Origin: Amphiscolops sp. MND2022
Taxonomy: Eukaryota
Assembly (NCBI GenBank): GCA_964187785.1
Contig: OZ076411.1
Location: 58,094,001-58,158,000 of the forward strand
Direction of reading: 5' to 3'
DNA length: 64,000 nucleotides
Below, piece after piece: positions 13,328 to 25,475 of this stretch. The notes beneath the pieces were generated by a model. That model did no database searches. It saw nothing but the letters and a program-made list of their open reading frames with translations, and was not told the origin of the DNA. The translations under genes were made by a program, and so were the position numbers. Numbering within the stretch: position 1 is the stretch's first letter; each line of letters begins with the position of its first letter.

Positions 13328-13525
13328 TCACTATCTCAAACTCGGTCTGAGAACATTTCAACTGACTCTAGTATCTTTGGTTCTCCATTCATTCTGAGAA
13401 ATTACATTGATTCTTGTTACGTTTGAAAACCTTTTACGTATCGATGAAATTCAGAAAAAGATAGAATTTTTCGGAAAGCTAAAATTGCTCTAAACGAAAC
13501 CTTTTTTCTGAAACATGGCGCTCAA
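13323..13525 (+). repeat. 5' LTR (13323-13515, ends CA, lacks the first ~8 nt) plus primer-binding site TGGCGCTC at 13516
   Basis: Reverse-complement match to 5428-5620; ends CTGAAACA|TGGCG. Confidence 0.8.
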
Positions 13526-13659
13526 AGTGAAAAACTAGATTACCACCAAAATTGAAAAATTCTATGTAAAAACAAAGCGTTAGCCGAAAAAAAACGCGGA
13601 AAAATAAACAAAATTTAGGAGTCCGATAAAAAAGAAAAAACTTGCGAAAATGAAACACT

Positions 13660-14843
13660 GTCAAAAAAGTTGAAAGCAAGCAGCCTGGTCACATGAATGT
13701 GATAGCAAAACTGGTAAAAGAGGTAGAAACACATATTTCTGCAGAAATGACTTCCAAAAAGACAATATCTTGTGTGAGAGCGGCAAGGAAAAGTTGATAG
13801 ATTCTAGGGTAGCAATGGAAAAATTAGATGAGGAAATGGATGATGCCTTAGCGGAAGAAGGAGACATAGCAGATGAAGCGGTTACAGAAAACGTAGAGCG
13901 GTGTCAAGAAGTACTAATGCTTTTGGAAGAGTCATTGTTTAACATTGAAGATTTTGAGGAAGAAATTGAGAAAAGAAAGGGTAAGGATGTTCTGGAGGAA
14001 CAACAGGGACCGGCGGTAAACGTGGTATCGGACACAGGCGATAAGGAGCAACGGGGGGATGTAGCAGTGGTAAATGTTTCAGCGGAAAACTTCATATCGC
14101 ACAGACTGGACGGTAGAGATAGCTTTCACGGAAGTTCCGGTTGACGCGGTGAAAGCGGAGGTTCAAGCGGGCAGAAGAATGGTCTTCAGAAGAGATGAGG
14201 AGCAACCAGATACAAGTCCTGGCTTGCAATCAGTCGAGGGCGGAGATGTCATGGCATCCGTTTTCGCACAGTTCGATTCTTTGGGGAGTAGCGGAAACAA
14301 TTTTCAAGGACATCACAGCCAACCGAGCTGACTGGGAACGACAAATTTGAATCCATTGGAGCTTCAAAATGTAGCGCAGTCACGATTGTGGAGCAACAAT
14401 GTGTTGTTTAATGATGATTTCAACCTTGGCGCTGATTTCGGCGGGAATTCCGTTTGGAGTTTGTCGAGACCATCAATATCAACAAGCGGTCAGAGGAATA
14501 GAGGAGCCTCAATAATCTCGGAAAGTTTTCAACGTAAAAGTCATCACGTCGAACACAAAGAAGGTGATGTTGGAAGCGTTCAGCGACCTGGAGAAGTTGG
14601 CAGTCGGAGATGGAGATGTTGGCGGTTGGAGATGTCGGAGATGCTGGTGCAGGCGGAGATGGAAACGCTACTGACACAACGCAAGACAAACGCGGCGAAA
14701 CAAAACGCAGCAAAGCTTCCGTCATGTTTTCAAACGACGAAGTTCCACCACTTATGCAAAAACTAGGAGAGAACTTGCCAAGCGGAAAACAACAATCACA
14801 GAGCGAATAGATGAAGACAAAAAAGACGACGACGACAGTGAAT
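13660..14843 (+). pseudogene. gag: Pao gag N-terminal coiled coil and acidic linker, inverted relative to the rest of the element
   Basis: GHMNVIAKLVKEVE; MEKLDEEMDDALAEEGDIADE; ends in a DDDD-S-E tract that resumes at 13327 on the minus strand. Confidence 0.6.
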
Positions 14844-14904
14844 CAGGAAATATCAGAATAATTTTCCATAATTATAGTTATTATAATGATAATAGGACAG
14901 GAAA

Positions 14905-14976
14905 TCTATCAGAATACGATTAAGATTGTTTCGGAAAAATAAACTTGCCCTAAAAGACACCTTTTTTTCTGAAACA
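14905..14976 (+). repeat. Diverged remnant of the 3' end of the same Pao LTR family
   Basis: TTGCCCTAAAAGACACCTTTTTTTCTGAAACA matches the end of the LTR at 13480-13515. Confidence 0.65.
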
Positions 14977-14989
14977 TGAGATTTCCACA

Positions 14990-15560
14990 AGTATCTGGAA
15001 CTCAGTCCCTCTTTTGTTCTATGATCTCAAGATTGTGTCTAAGCTCACTGTTCCTGAAATTCGAGAAGAACTTCATTGCCTATTGCTATGAGCTTACGGA
15101 AATCAGCTACAATTTCAATTCATTGAAGTCCAAGTGTTTGTTCTTCCAGGTAAACGCCATTCGTGTTGTCCATGAATAATGCATGGCTACAATCCATCGA
15201 CTCAATAAGAATCTTGGTGTAATCGTCGGTAGACGACTCAAATGGAACGAACGTGTTTTTCAAAAAAATACCAAGTGCACCAGAACTATTTATCTTCTAC
15301 CTCGAAATATTCCATACTGCACCCATAAATGGACAAAACCGAGACTCATTAAAACCCTCATTTTCTCGAACTTACTTAATTGCTCGCCTGTGTGGTATGC
15401 TAACATGACTTGTCTCAGAGATTTGGAACAGTTTCAGTACAAAATTTGCTAGAGTCAAATCGTATTCACTTTACAATGATATACTTGTGGACGTAGATTT
15501 CCTACCTATACCTACTAGCTAGTAAAAAATGACCAGTGAAAAATTAGTAAATGCTTTCTT
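14990..15560 (+). mobile_element. Non-LTR retrotransposon (CR1/L2-like) fragment, RT C-terminal region
   Basis: FNSLKSKCL, KNLGVIV...LKWNE, LIKTLIFSNLLNCSPVW, DLEQFQ. Confidence 0.75.
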
Positions 15561-16339
15561 TTTTTGGGAAAATTGGGAAATATTTGTCTTTCTTTGGTGT
15601 ATCATTTACAGTTGATGTATCAAGAGTAGTAATTCTGATCTTGGAGATAGCATGTATTTGTGATGAATTATACCATGAATCTACACGTGCTACAGACGAA
15701 TAAAGAACGGAAACAACCCTCGAGAAAACTAGGCAAGTTAAAATGGAAGGTTGGTGCATCGCTCCATTTTAATAATTACACAAAAATTTTCTGTGAACTA
15801 AACCTCAGATCGAAAATTGTCTTCCGTGTTCTCATCTGAATCGTGCAATTTTTTGGGGAAAGACATGGACTATTTCAGTAACTAGTTCTTTTGTCAGTCT
15901 CACTCTGAATGGTCCCTTTTTTGTGCACTGTTCACTTTTAACATAAGTACTCAGTACTTGATTTTGATCGCATTCAAAGTCTCTAACACGAAATACAAAA
16001 TCGTTCCAGAGCAGAAGAGTCCCCCTTTCCACTGTTTTCGTCACTATGAGCCTTCCCTCTGTTTTCGGCTATGAGAGCTTTTTTCCGAACCGTCTTAAAT
16101 GTCTCCAAAGGGTCCCTTTCCGGATTTTTTGGCACTATCAGCATGTTTCAAAATTTTCGCAAAAATTCGTCACCAAAATTTAGAGGGTTTGAAAGGACTA
16201 ATGCTAGTTTTTAGGAGTCGGAAAAAAAGTTTTAACTACTTATGCAATCGTGTCGTATTTTCTCCCCCGACCGTTTCATGAGGACCTTTTCAGTTGATAT
16301 CATGATACTATTTTAAATTAAATGATTATTCATATTGAT

Positions 16340-17080
16340 GGAAAATGTTCATTCTTTCTAACACCTTCTGGTAATAGTCAAAGTTGAATACACTTCTCAA
16401 AAGTTTAGTCCATAAAATTTTTCTTTTTGTTCTCCATCTTGCTCTTCTATACCATACATATCCGGGTTAGTTGGGTTAATTTTATGTATTTTAAAAAGTA
16501 CTCTATTCCAATTTGTTGTGTAACATTTTGAATAGATGTTTCGTTTATCAGGAACTCTTACAAAATCTTCCACTTGAAATTTGGGCAATTTATTATTACT
16601 AGGTATTACATTAGGTATTAGTTTATCATTAGCTTAAGAAGCTGTCATATGAATTGCACTATGGAACGATTATTATACTTTTCCAAAGCAGCATCAAGAT
16701 GATTCAACCAAGAAGCTTTTCCTTCAATATACATCGGTTCGTTTATAAGAACTAACAATGTTCTGTTGAATCGTTCAACAAAAACAGCTTTCAACTCTGT
16801 ATGAGTTGAATAAATACTTTCGTTTTGTCCAAGAGAATCCAAAAATGTTTTCTTTTACCTCTATCCGAGCATACTTTTTCTGGCTTTCTCTCACTGGTTT
16901 TTGAATGCGGTTGTTCTACTTTTTCCTGATTTATCTTGACTAGGAATTGTCCAAGCATATTTTGTATAGTTATCAATAATGGTAAAAAATAAATTTGAAG
17001 TTTTTGTTGTATTTGCTTAAAATTGAAAGATCAATACTCCAGCACATCTTTATATTGAAATATTTTAATGTGATGAAACT
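16340..17080 (-). pseudogene. Polinton/Maverick-type rve integrase relic
   Basis: TIIDNYTKYAW, KPEKVCSDRGK, KAVFVERFNRT, W...LD....KYNNR, PKFQV.D.VR, Y..NW...LFKI, TNP..Y. Confidence 0.8.
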
Positions 17081-17279
17081 TTTTAAATACCGGGGCGAAG
17101 ATTTCTTCAGTTATTATTTGTTTAGGTGCAGACATATTCGCCTGAGACATATTCATGATTTAATCAGAATTTTTTCTTATTCCTTTTGAAAAAGTACCGG
17201 CAAGGATTGCGTTTCAGGGTTTTTGATGGTGATAGTTTCGTCGGAAATTTAAACTTTCACACTGTTCGAAAGCCCTTTT

Positions 17280-17720
17280 CAAGATCTTCCAAATGGTATA
17301 TAATACTTCAATTTTTCATTCATTTATCATAATTGTAGGTTTCAGCTGGTTTCTTCAGGGTTTTTTGGTTCTTTATCTTTCTAGATTGGACGGACAGTCT
17401 TGATTTATTTGAATTCTCCTTCTCAAGACCTTTCAAATGGTATATAATATGCTATTATTATCAAAAGTTTAAGGTTTTAGGTGGTTTTATAGTTTCGGCC
17501 GAGACGGACCGATCACGAAAATAACCAAAATCTGTGATCTCCTTTTCAATACCTATCCAATGATGTATCGCACATGGTAATATCTTGAAGTTTTATAATC
17601 TCTACATGTGTAAGGGTTTCATTTTTTTCGAAGTTTTAGTTGGTATAGTTTCAGTCCATGTTTTCGGAACTTATGCAGATGGATTGTACTTGTCAAGACC
17701 TTTCCAATGGTATATTATAC
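17280..17720 (+). repeat. Loosely spaced motif CAAGACCT(T/A)TCCAATGGTATAT, 4 copies 120-150 bp apart; probably internal to a non-autonomous repeat
   Basis: Copies at ~17280, 17424, 17547 and 17694. Confidence 0.6.
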
Positions 17721-18690
17721 TTTGTTGTAGCTCAAATATTTGTTAAGTTATGCCATTTTTATTGAGCTAATTGTAAGTTTAAGAGTGAAAGTCTGAATGG
17801 TAAAAGTTTCCACTTGAGTGCTTTCCAAGTGGTTTTCGACCCTTTATCTTTTTTCAAATCACTTCTCCAAAACTATAATAGGTAGAAACTTGAAACTTGG
17901 AGGTTAAGCTAATTAGGGTATGGCCTAACGATTGGAACCGAGACCGCCAACCTCCGACTATTACCATGGTAAGATGGTAAGTCCTATTCTTAAACATGAA
18001 GATAGGTTATGGCAATGTTCACATATTTGAATTTATTCATTGATAGAATTTTTGTAAACAATTATTGAAGTTCATCAAATTCGGGTAAATAGTGAGGTAG
18101 GTAGATCCTGCAGTACGGCCATGTTGGATCATAAACAATGAAGAGACAGTGAAGGTTTCGCAATGTTTGGATGGGATCGATCATTCCTCGAACTTGCCAA
18201 ATCGTTTTGATTGAAAGCGCAAGTGCCCATATGACAAGCCTTTCTGACGATATAGCTCGAATGAAGGTCCATCTCAATCTTAACTTTTTTTACTGCTCTT
18301 ATTTTATCAGTGATTGACGAGAAATTCTCTTGTATGATCATTTCACGCCCGCTGTTGGTTATTTTATCGAACACTTCTGCCACCACTTGGATGCACATGC
18401 TGTGGCTTTCAAAATTTGAACTAATTTTTGATGGCTACAAGTAGTTAAAGCATTCATTCCTTGGATTAGATAAAATTTAAAAAAACAACAAAGGCTTATT
18501 TTAGTGTTTCGCACCAAAAAGGGCCTATTTTTGTTGTTTTAGGTTTTAGCCTGATCTAAGGAGGGAATTCTCTAACGACTTGGGAACAAAAAACTTAGTT
18601 CTATCAGAATTACTTTCGGAAACCTTAAAGCGTATGATATCATCAATCAGCGTGAAGATTTAACCGGTCATGCCAATTTTAGGTGGTGCT

Positions 18691-19480
18691 ATGGTGCGAA
18701 AGAAATCTCAACCCTCTTTTTTCCCGGCACGCGAGTGTCAACATAACAGCTGGTCATTAACTGGTGTAGAAAACAATTCCTGTGAATCCGAGGTGCTCAA
18801 TTTTCTGGAAAAATCCAGGATTCTGGCCGCTGAAAGTGCAGCTGTACAGAATTCCAAGACTAAAGACGACAGATATCAGTCTAGAAAACGGCCGTATCGC
18901 CAAGACTCTAGTGATATCAGTAATTGCTACTTGGAGGAAGTTTTATCGTCCAGCGATTCATCCTTAGTGGCTGCATGTGTTATCAAATTGCATACAAAAT
19001 CTCATGATAGCATAGCATCTAAGTTTTCTATTATAAAGCTTCGTGAAAGGCGTTTCAAACTGAAATCTATCTCATCAATTGATGATATGCGTGAACTGCT
19101 AATGACTCAGGAAAATCAAATTCTACTCTATGATTTTGTGGAAGACCGTTACAGTTTCCGTCTTCTGAGCAAACACAATTCAACAGAAGTAAGTTTCTCG
19201 CTCTCTGAACCAATCTACCCAGACCTGCAAGTTTTTCAAGCATCTGCTTCTCTCTCAAAACTCTCGGCCCTGTTTTTGTGCTTTTCTGTGGATCAACGGC
19301 AAGAGTGTGTAGTTGTTAAAGAGTATCTGAACAATGCCTTCGCTGTAGACGTGGATGCAGCTCCTCGATCAAAGAAAAAATCTCAGCCTTTGACAGTCCG
19401 CAAGATGATTCATTTCAAGGTGTTCCTCAACCACGTTTTTCGCTTTAACGATGAAGATATGAACATTTCTAATTCTGATG
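18691..19480 (+). CDS. SHPRH: Putative first coding exon of an SHPRH-like SNF2/E3 ligase gene
   Basis: Long ORF 18670-19527; N-terminus MVRKKSQP...NSWSL resembles SHPRH N-termini; donor G|GTAAT at 19480/19481 (phase 1) is in phase with the exon at 21707. Confidence 0.5.
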
Positions 19481-20001
19481 GTAATTTTTTCTATATTTTG
19501 ATCAGAATTTTGACACCGTTAATTTAGCGAAATTTTTTCAGCGATTTTATTACCGATCAGCAGCAATTAATAGATTGCTCGGGCATACACGATGATTTAA
19601 AATGAATTTCGAAAGATTTCAACTTTCACCCACACAGTATAAAAATTCGTTTTTTTCTTCCAAGAACTGATTTAGGTTATTTAATTTCAAAACATACTTG
19701 AAGTCAAACATTTAGTTTCAAGAAAACGTTTTTCAGCGAAAAAGCGATTTTTAAAGTAGCGGCATAGCGATTAGCAACAAAAAATTAGCAAAGTCAAAAC
19801 TCTGATTTTGATTATCATAGAAAGTGTATCAGATTCGCGAACTTTGATTTTTTTTCAGGAAATACTATAATTTAGTTATAAATTAGTGATAACCGTTTTC
19901 CGATTCTGAAGGGACCCAGTTGCATATTTTTCTGGGAGTTTTCAATCGACTTTTAGAATTTTTTGCCCCTGGTATCGGCCCAAGATTCATTCAAAAATCC
20001 G

Positions 20002-20492
20002 TTTTTTAGTCAGCGCTTTTCGCAGAAAACGCAAACTATAGCACTGGATTTTTTAAGACCAACGAAGTGACAGATTTTATAAGCTTTATAAGCTTGCACT
20101 AACTGCCACACTAAACTATTTGGCATAGAGGTTAATCAGGATTTTTTGAGATTCGAGTGGGTTCGAGTCTCGTCATTGGCCAAAATTTTTTTGTGCATGT
20201 TATTTCGGCTTTGTGAGACTTTTCGCAAATTTTTTAAATGTCTCTAAAGAGTTCCCCTTCAATATTTTGATGTTTTGCAACAGAATGGACGTTCAAAAAT
20301 TCCCCTTTTACATTTTTCGGCACTATGTGACTTACCGGAGACTTCAAAAAAGTTTCGAAAGAAATTTCGGAAATTTTTTCCTTCAATTTTAGTTTTTTGA
20401 GAGCTTTTTTTGTCTCCAGTTGTGGAAAAAGTGGTTTTCGAGTCTTATTGAGCCTTAGATATGGCGGGGACTTGGGCCGATGCCGACTTGTT
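20002..20492. mobile_element. HINE-like tRNA-box-containing repeat, copy 2 (in SHPRH-like intron 1)
   Basis: Collinear with 2363-2808: terminal hairpin, TGGCATAGAGGTTAA, GGGTTCGAGTC, GAGCCTTAGATATGGCG. Confidence 0.6.
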
Positions 20493-20652
20493 ATTAATAA
20501 TTCAATTCACAAAATTCTCGTAGAAGTAACCACTATCTCACTGTATAGATTCTAGTAAATGCCAATTTTTTATTCATAAATAATATTTGGCTCCACGTTA
20601 TTTGATGATGAAATCTTTCATATAAATAAAGCAAGGAAGATTTAATAATATA

Positions 20653-21640
20653 CAGTCAAACTCGGATAAGAGAAACTCAGAGGGCGGTGAAAAAAGTGTT
20701 TCTTTTATCTATAGTTTCTTTTATCGGTTGTCCTGTTACAACAGTATTGAACATTGAAACAATGAATTTAATGGACAAAAAAGTCAGTTATATTGGTCTG
20801 TTTTTTTCGGTTCTCATCTTCAATACTGTCCCGATAACTGGCAGTGTAATCTCGTCAGAAGCATAACCTTCTTGAACGAAAAACTTGTTCAATATGTTGT
20901 GCGCCGTAAGAGCAGATTTTACTGAGATGTGCTCCGTTAGATCACCTTGATCATCAGTTCTCCACGATTGACAAATTCACTTGATTGGCTTCTCCAGATA
21001 AAACTCGAGATAATATTCCATATATGTCTTTCCATCTTTGTAACCAGCTATCATTACACGTCCAGTCATTGTAATGAAAATTGCGGGCAAAAAGTTCGGC
21101 TTTTGCTTTCAAAATAGGTCCACTAATGGGGATTCGCTGAGATCGTTTATCTTGTAACCACTTATATAAAGCTAAATCAACCTCTGGGAAATCACTTTTT
21201 CGTTTTCGTTTCCAATCCGGAATGTTGTCGTTGTTATCAGAAATAATGCTGTCCCTGCTTTGAATACTTTTTGTCAAAGTTGATTTGTGAATTCCGTAAG
21301 TTGATGCAATTTGCGATAAAGTTTGACTGCCCCTTTTGTCTACAGCGAGAATAATTTCCAATTTCGGTGCTGATGTAAGAGTTTTACGCGTGACTGCGTT
21401 GGTTGAAGGCATTGTCATTATCTGAAATGTAAATACATTTACATGTATACCGTATGACACACGCTTACTTATTTTGGTAGCAAATTCAACATATCTCAGA
21501 AAAGTGAACGGTTTCTTATAACCGTTGTCGCGTTTCTTTTAACAGTAGAAATTTTGTCTTGTATAAAACCGGCGGAGTGAAATTGTTTCTTATATCCAAA
21601 AGTTTCTTTTATCCAGGTTTCTTTTATCCGAGTTAGACTG
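20653..21640 (-). mobile_element. Tigger/pogo (Tc1/mariner superfamily) internal-deletion derivative, 988 bp
   Basis: TA|CAGTCAAACTCGGATAAGAGAAAC ... GTTTCTTTTATCCGAGTTAGACTG|TA; TA TSD; CENP-B-type HTH domains and C-terminal KKQTNITDFF, no DDE domain. Confidence 0.92.
20954..21418 (-). CDS. Truncated pogo transposase: psq-type HTH plus CENP-B HTH only
   Basis: RKTLT...KLEII, IASTYGIHKSTL, KRKRKSDFPEVDLALYKW, PISGPILKAKA, SWLQRWK. Confidence 0.85.
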   Translation of the reverse strand: MTMPSTNAVTRKTLTSAPKLEIILAVDKRGSQTLSQIASTYGIHKSTLTKSIQSRDSIISDNNDNIPDWKRKRKSDFPEVDLALYKWLQDKRSQRIPISGPILKAKAELFARNFHYNDWTCNDSWLQRWKDIYGILSRVLSGEANQVNLSIVEN

Positions 21641-21706
21641 TAGTAGAATAACTTGTAAGGACTCGCTTAGACAAGTTGCTTGATAATTGAATTGACCAAA
21701 CTTCAG

Positions 21707-21907
21707 TGCCTGACGTCATTACACCGGAGGACGTTACCGACATTCTGGGCCTGTCTCAGGTGCACCGAGGCCCGAATTATTTCAGAACTGACAACAAAGA
21801 TCAGAGTGTACATCTACTGCCTAAATTGCGACCTTACCAGATTGCAGCATCTTCCTGGATGGTGCAGCGTGAACAGAACCCAGTACAGTGTTTCATCAAC
21901 AAGCAAG
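21707..21907 (+). CDS. SHPRH: Putative second exon of the SHPRH-like gene (start of the SNF2 Q-motif)
   Basis: Acceptor CTTCAG|TG at 21706/21707; LLPKLRPYQIAASSWMVQRE matches the SNF2/SHPRH LRPYQ..AV.WM..RE motif; donor AAG|GTCAG at 21907/21908. Confidence 0.6.
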
Positions 21908-23659
21908 GTCAGCTTTGGAAGCTAATCCGAAAATAATATCCAATACTTACCCTTTTTTGACCCAAGGTGAGCGTGACTGCAATGAATCAGATGAACTGAC
22001 TAGCAGTACACGAACTATGTTAACTATAAACGGAAGCTTTGTGTCACTTTGTATTACAAACCTAAGTAATTTGTCTTCCAATCTTCATGGTCAACCGCTT
22101 CCCGTTTGCTTCTGATTTCGCTGAAATTGGTTGATCAATACTCTCTAAGTGTTCATTGAGCATAATGAAGGTTGACCAGTTCATCTCCTGTAATTTCTGG
22201 TAGCTTCCCTAACAGTTGCAGTTGCCAGACGTTTTTTGCCTTGAGTTCGAATTAGCGTAAAGCAACAATTCATCCCATGTTCCAAAAAGCGACCATTCCT
22301 TCCCATCTTCAATTCGGCCCATTTTGAAAAGCGACAATTTGTCCCAATTGTTAAAATCTACAACTCATCCGTAATTTAATTGCCAATTAATTCCTTTGAT
22401 ATTGAATCCGGAATTATTACATTTAGAGGCAAGTACCAACATCCATTGATAGGACCTCATTTCGGCAAACTGGATGATCTTCTTTCACATTCTTCAGTGT
22501 TTCGAGACTAGTACGTTAAAATGCAATACTCAATCATTTACTGAGAGACGTAACGATAAATTAGTTCACACAAACAAAGATACAATGAAAATAGCTGCAG
22601 AGCATTTTGAAGATGCGATGATCGAAAATGCAAAGCACTTGCAGTAACGACTGATGACTCAGAATCAATTGTCTTGACAAACGAGCATTCACATGCTGCA
22701 ATTCCAGAGAAGATGTATAATATTGCATAATAAATGGTGATTGGTAGAAATCTCTTTGTAATAAGTGTAATAACCTAAAACAGTTTTTAAGATAACACAC
22801 GTGTTAACAAGTACACTTATTAGTTTTAGGCGCCCAAGAGATATGATTACAGGAATAGTTGGTTTGGATTCGCTGAATTCAAGGTGAATCTTTTTGGAGC
22901 CCGGTTTGGAACGAAGTACATGCGTTTTTAGAACGAAACATCATTTTTTTCCAAAAGCTCCGCAATCCAATATTTCGCAAGTGACAGCTTCTGATTCTGT
23001 TGAGACTGCTGCAGCCCTTCCAAAATACAAGAACGTGGTACGGTAAATAGAACAGAAACCCAAGTCCTTCAAGAACACAACCCCAAGACGCTAGCTGCCT
23101 TTGTTATTCCAGCTCCAACAAATTCTCCGGGGGTAACTTTAGTAGTTACGATTTCAGCCGGCCTTTCAACGGGGGGGGGGGTCCTCGGTTTTCACGGGGT
23201 GGGTCCTTGCTCTGAAATTTTAGGACCTATCCCTAAAAGGAAGGGGTCCTTCTAATATGTTGTTCGGAATTACTTCGGCTTCTGACTACGAAAGTAAATT
23301 ATTGGTCGGATTCTTTTTGTATTCGTTTTTGGATTTTTGCGAAAGTACATGTAAAAGCGTAGACACTCTTGTTTATCCTTTGAATGCCTGAATGTTTGGA
23401 AAGTACTAACCTTGATAATCGGTGGTAATAAAAGTCAAGTCAGGTTGTAGTATTGTTGTGTCAAGCGATGGATCGGCCAATAAAAAGTAATCTAGTTTGT
23501 CGTATATTTTTTACCGAAGTTTAATAGGGTACGAGAGGGTGTGGAATTTGTGTACAGTTTTGTTCGAATGCATTATTCGTCTGATGTTCCGAATGTGTTT
23601 TGATAAAAATTCATCATAAAGCAACTATCAGCACCAGGAAAGAATGCTGAGAATCAAAA

Positions 23660-24076
23660 TTGGAAATGGATCCCCAAAAAATAGACGTTGTAAAAGTGCA
23701 GCAAACTTTTCATAGACTTTCATCAGACAATTCGGACAAATTCGAAACTTATCAAAAGTATGTGCTAAGTTTTTGTTTGGTATATCTCAAAAATAGCAAC
23801 TTCAACAACATTACTTTGGACCATTTGAAATATTTGCTGAAAGAAGAACCAGAAATCAAATGTGAATTTTTCTACAAGTATTGCAAAGTGTACAGATTAT
23901 TTGTGATTGTTCGCGACTCGCAAGAACTTATGGGGGCGTTTAGTGACGTGTGTGACTGCTTGGATAGAAGAACAAGATTGCAAAAGTTTTGGTCATGCTC
24001 AGTTCGCCCCCTCTGGAGCATTTTGAAACTCAAATATTCAGCACAAGCCCACTGGTTCCGTGACTTGGAATGTTGA
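23660..24076 (+). CDS. Hypothetical 138 aa protein of the Polinton-like cluster
   Basis: Intact ORF whose stop overlaps the start of the next gene (24070). Confidence 0.45.
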   Translation: MEMDPQKIDVVKVQQTFHRLSSDNSDKFETYQKYVLSFCLVYLKNSNFNNITLDHLKYLLKEEPEIKCEFFYKYCKVYRLFVIVRDSQELMGAFSDVCDCLDRRTRLQKFWSCSVRPLWSILKLKYSAQAHWFRDLEC

Positions 24077-24650
24077 ATGAGAACGAAATTCTTGTTATTG
24101 ATTTTGAAGGGTTTGACTACAACAGTCCTATTGTTAAAGAGCTGAGCGTTCACAGTAAAAATCATCAAGAAACCCTACTTTTCAAACCTCCTCAAGCATT
24201 TTCTACAATTTCAACTATTAACCGCTACTCGATAATACTCTTAACAGAAAGAATACACGGTATTGACTGGGACAGTGGCGTTTACCCTTACATTTCTATC
24301 CATGATTATTTGGCCAGTTTACGAACTCGTTCTCCCAACGCAATTGTTTTTGTTGACGGACATGTGAAGAGAGCATTTATCTCCAACTATTTTTAAAAAG
24401 TTTACATTTTGCAACAGCTTGGTTGTCCCCCAATTAAACATTTGTGTGTTAATGCTGCTGTTTCTTGTGAGAACCACCAAACTTTCTCCCATGGAATAGT
24501 CAACAACAACATTTCTGGCATTGCAGCAAATTGAAAACTGCTGTTGCTTATCAGTGGTTAGAGAGTAGGCGCAATGCAAACCAATCAAATGTGTTTAATG
24601 TTGACTCCAATTTTGAGCGTCTGTGTGTAGGCTGTTTCAAACAATAGTTA
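24070..24650 (+). pseudogene. Polinton-associated DEDD/RNase H-fold exonuclease-like protein with Cys/His tail; premature stop at 24394-24396
   Basis: VIDFEGF...IVKEL, LLFKPP, LT..IHGI.W..G, VFVDG..K, then LGCPPI...C..H...HC. Confidence 0.65.
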
Positions 24651-25475
24651 TTTTATATCATTGATTCGAGACGAATATGTTGACTTGGGACCTTACCGAG
24701 TTTTGAGGAGTGGTGTTACTCATTAACTTTTATCAGTACTATTTGATGATATTGCCTTTGGTGTGGTGGATGCAAGCAGGACTTTTGGAAAGAATATGTC
24801 AGCAGCTTCTAGTGCACGAGACTCAAAACGGTCCAGGATGAAAAGAAACAACCTCCTTTAAACATGCACATTTCCAGGCCACCTACTCCTGTTGAAATTG
24901 ACAACAATTGCCCGAATCTACCACAAGAAGTGAGGGACATAGTCAAATCCAAAAGTGTCCTCAGAATTCGGTTCTATTACGGATCTGGGAAAACTGGCTC
25001 AAAATTCAAAATCGATTTGGAAACAGAAGATAAAGAATGGAATTCATTTATAATGCTGGAAACCCAAAGAGTAATCGTCTTACCAAGGAGCAAAAGTTTG
25101 AACTGACTTTTTGCGTGATTTGATATAACGCTTTTTTTTGTTTTGAAACTAACTTTCTCTGTAGTTTAGTCCTTCGGTGCCTCAATGGCAAGAACAATCT
25201 TGTCTCTGCACCTTAACCTACCTCAACATAGACAGCCAACAAAAAACTTGTGTAAACGACACACAAGGTCAGGCACGTACTGAGGAAAAAATGCATGATG
25301 CTCCGCAGTACAATCTTTTGTACTAACATTTTATTTAACAATTTTGAACCATTTCTGATATACAACGTGTGTAATAATGTACAATTATTTGGTATTGAAT
25401 TGAATAATTTCGTAGCACACTTTTTGAAAAATGGGTTCAGAATCAGTTGATTTACCAGATGTATTATCATGTCAA

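Larger units (their letters stand above)
5428..14845 (-). mobile_element. Decayed, rearranged BEL/Pao LTR retrotransposon
   Basis: Minus-strand order: gag (KLPKVQLPKFDG) - protease - RT (FYVDD) - RNase H (DAS, WSDS) - integrase (YSDNG, PWWG) - C-terminal GRDG motif - PPT - LTR; 5' LTR/PBS/gag N-terminus lie on the plus strand. Confidence 0.9.

Noticed and set aside
5428-13515. DNA transposon with ~190 bp TIRs that captured a Pao element
   Set aside because: The repeats are LTRs: one follows a PPT and starts TG, the other ends CA before a PBS. The inverted orientation is secondary.
5867-14810. Numerous 60-140 aa ORFs antisense to the Pao genes (and similar ORFs antisense to the Gypsy and Polinton genes)
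   Set aside because: Shadow frames of real coding sequence, with no motifs of their own.
15832-16044. FLYWCH-like/MULE transposase fragment (RGTLLLWNDFVFR)
   Set aside because: Resemblance is too weak and no adjoining transposase sequence was found.
18062-18398. Two overlapping minus-strand ORFs upstream of the SHPRH-like exon as a divergent gene or transposase piece
   Set aside because: No recognisable motif or splice support; left unannotated.
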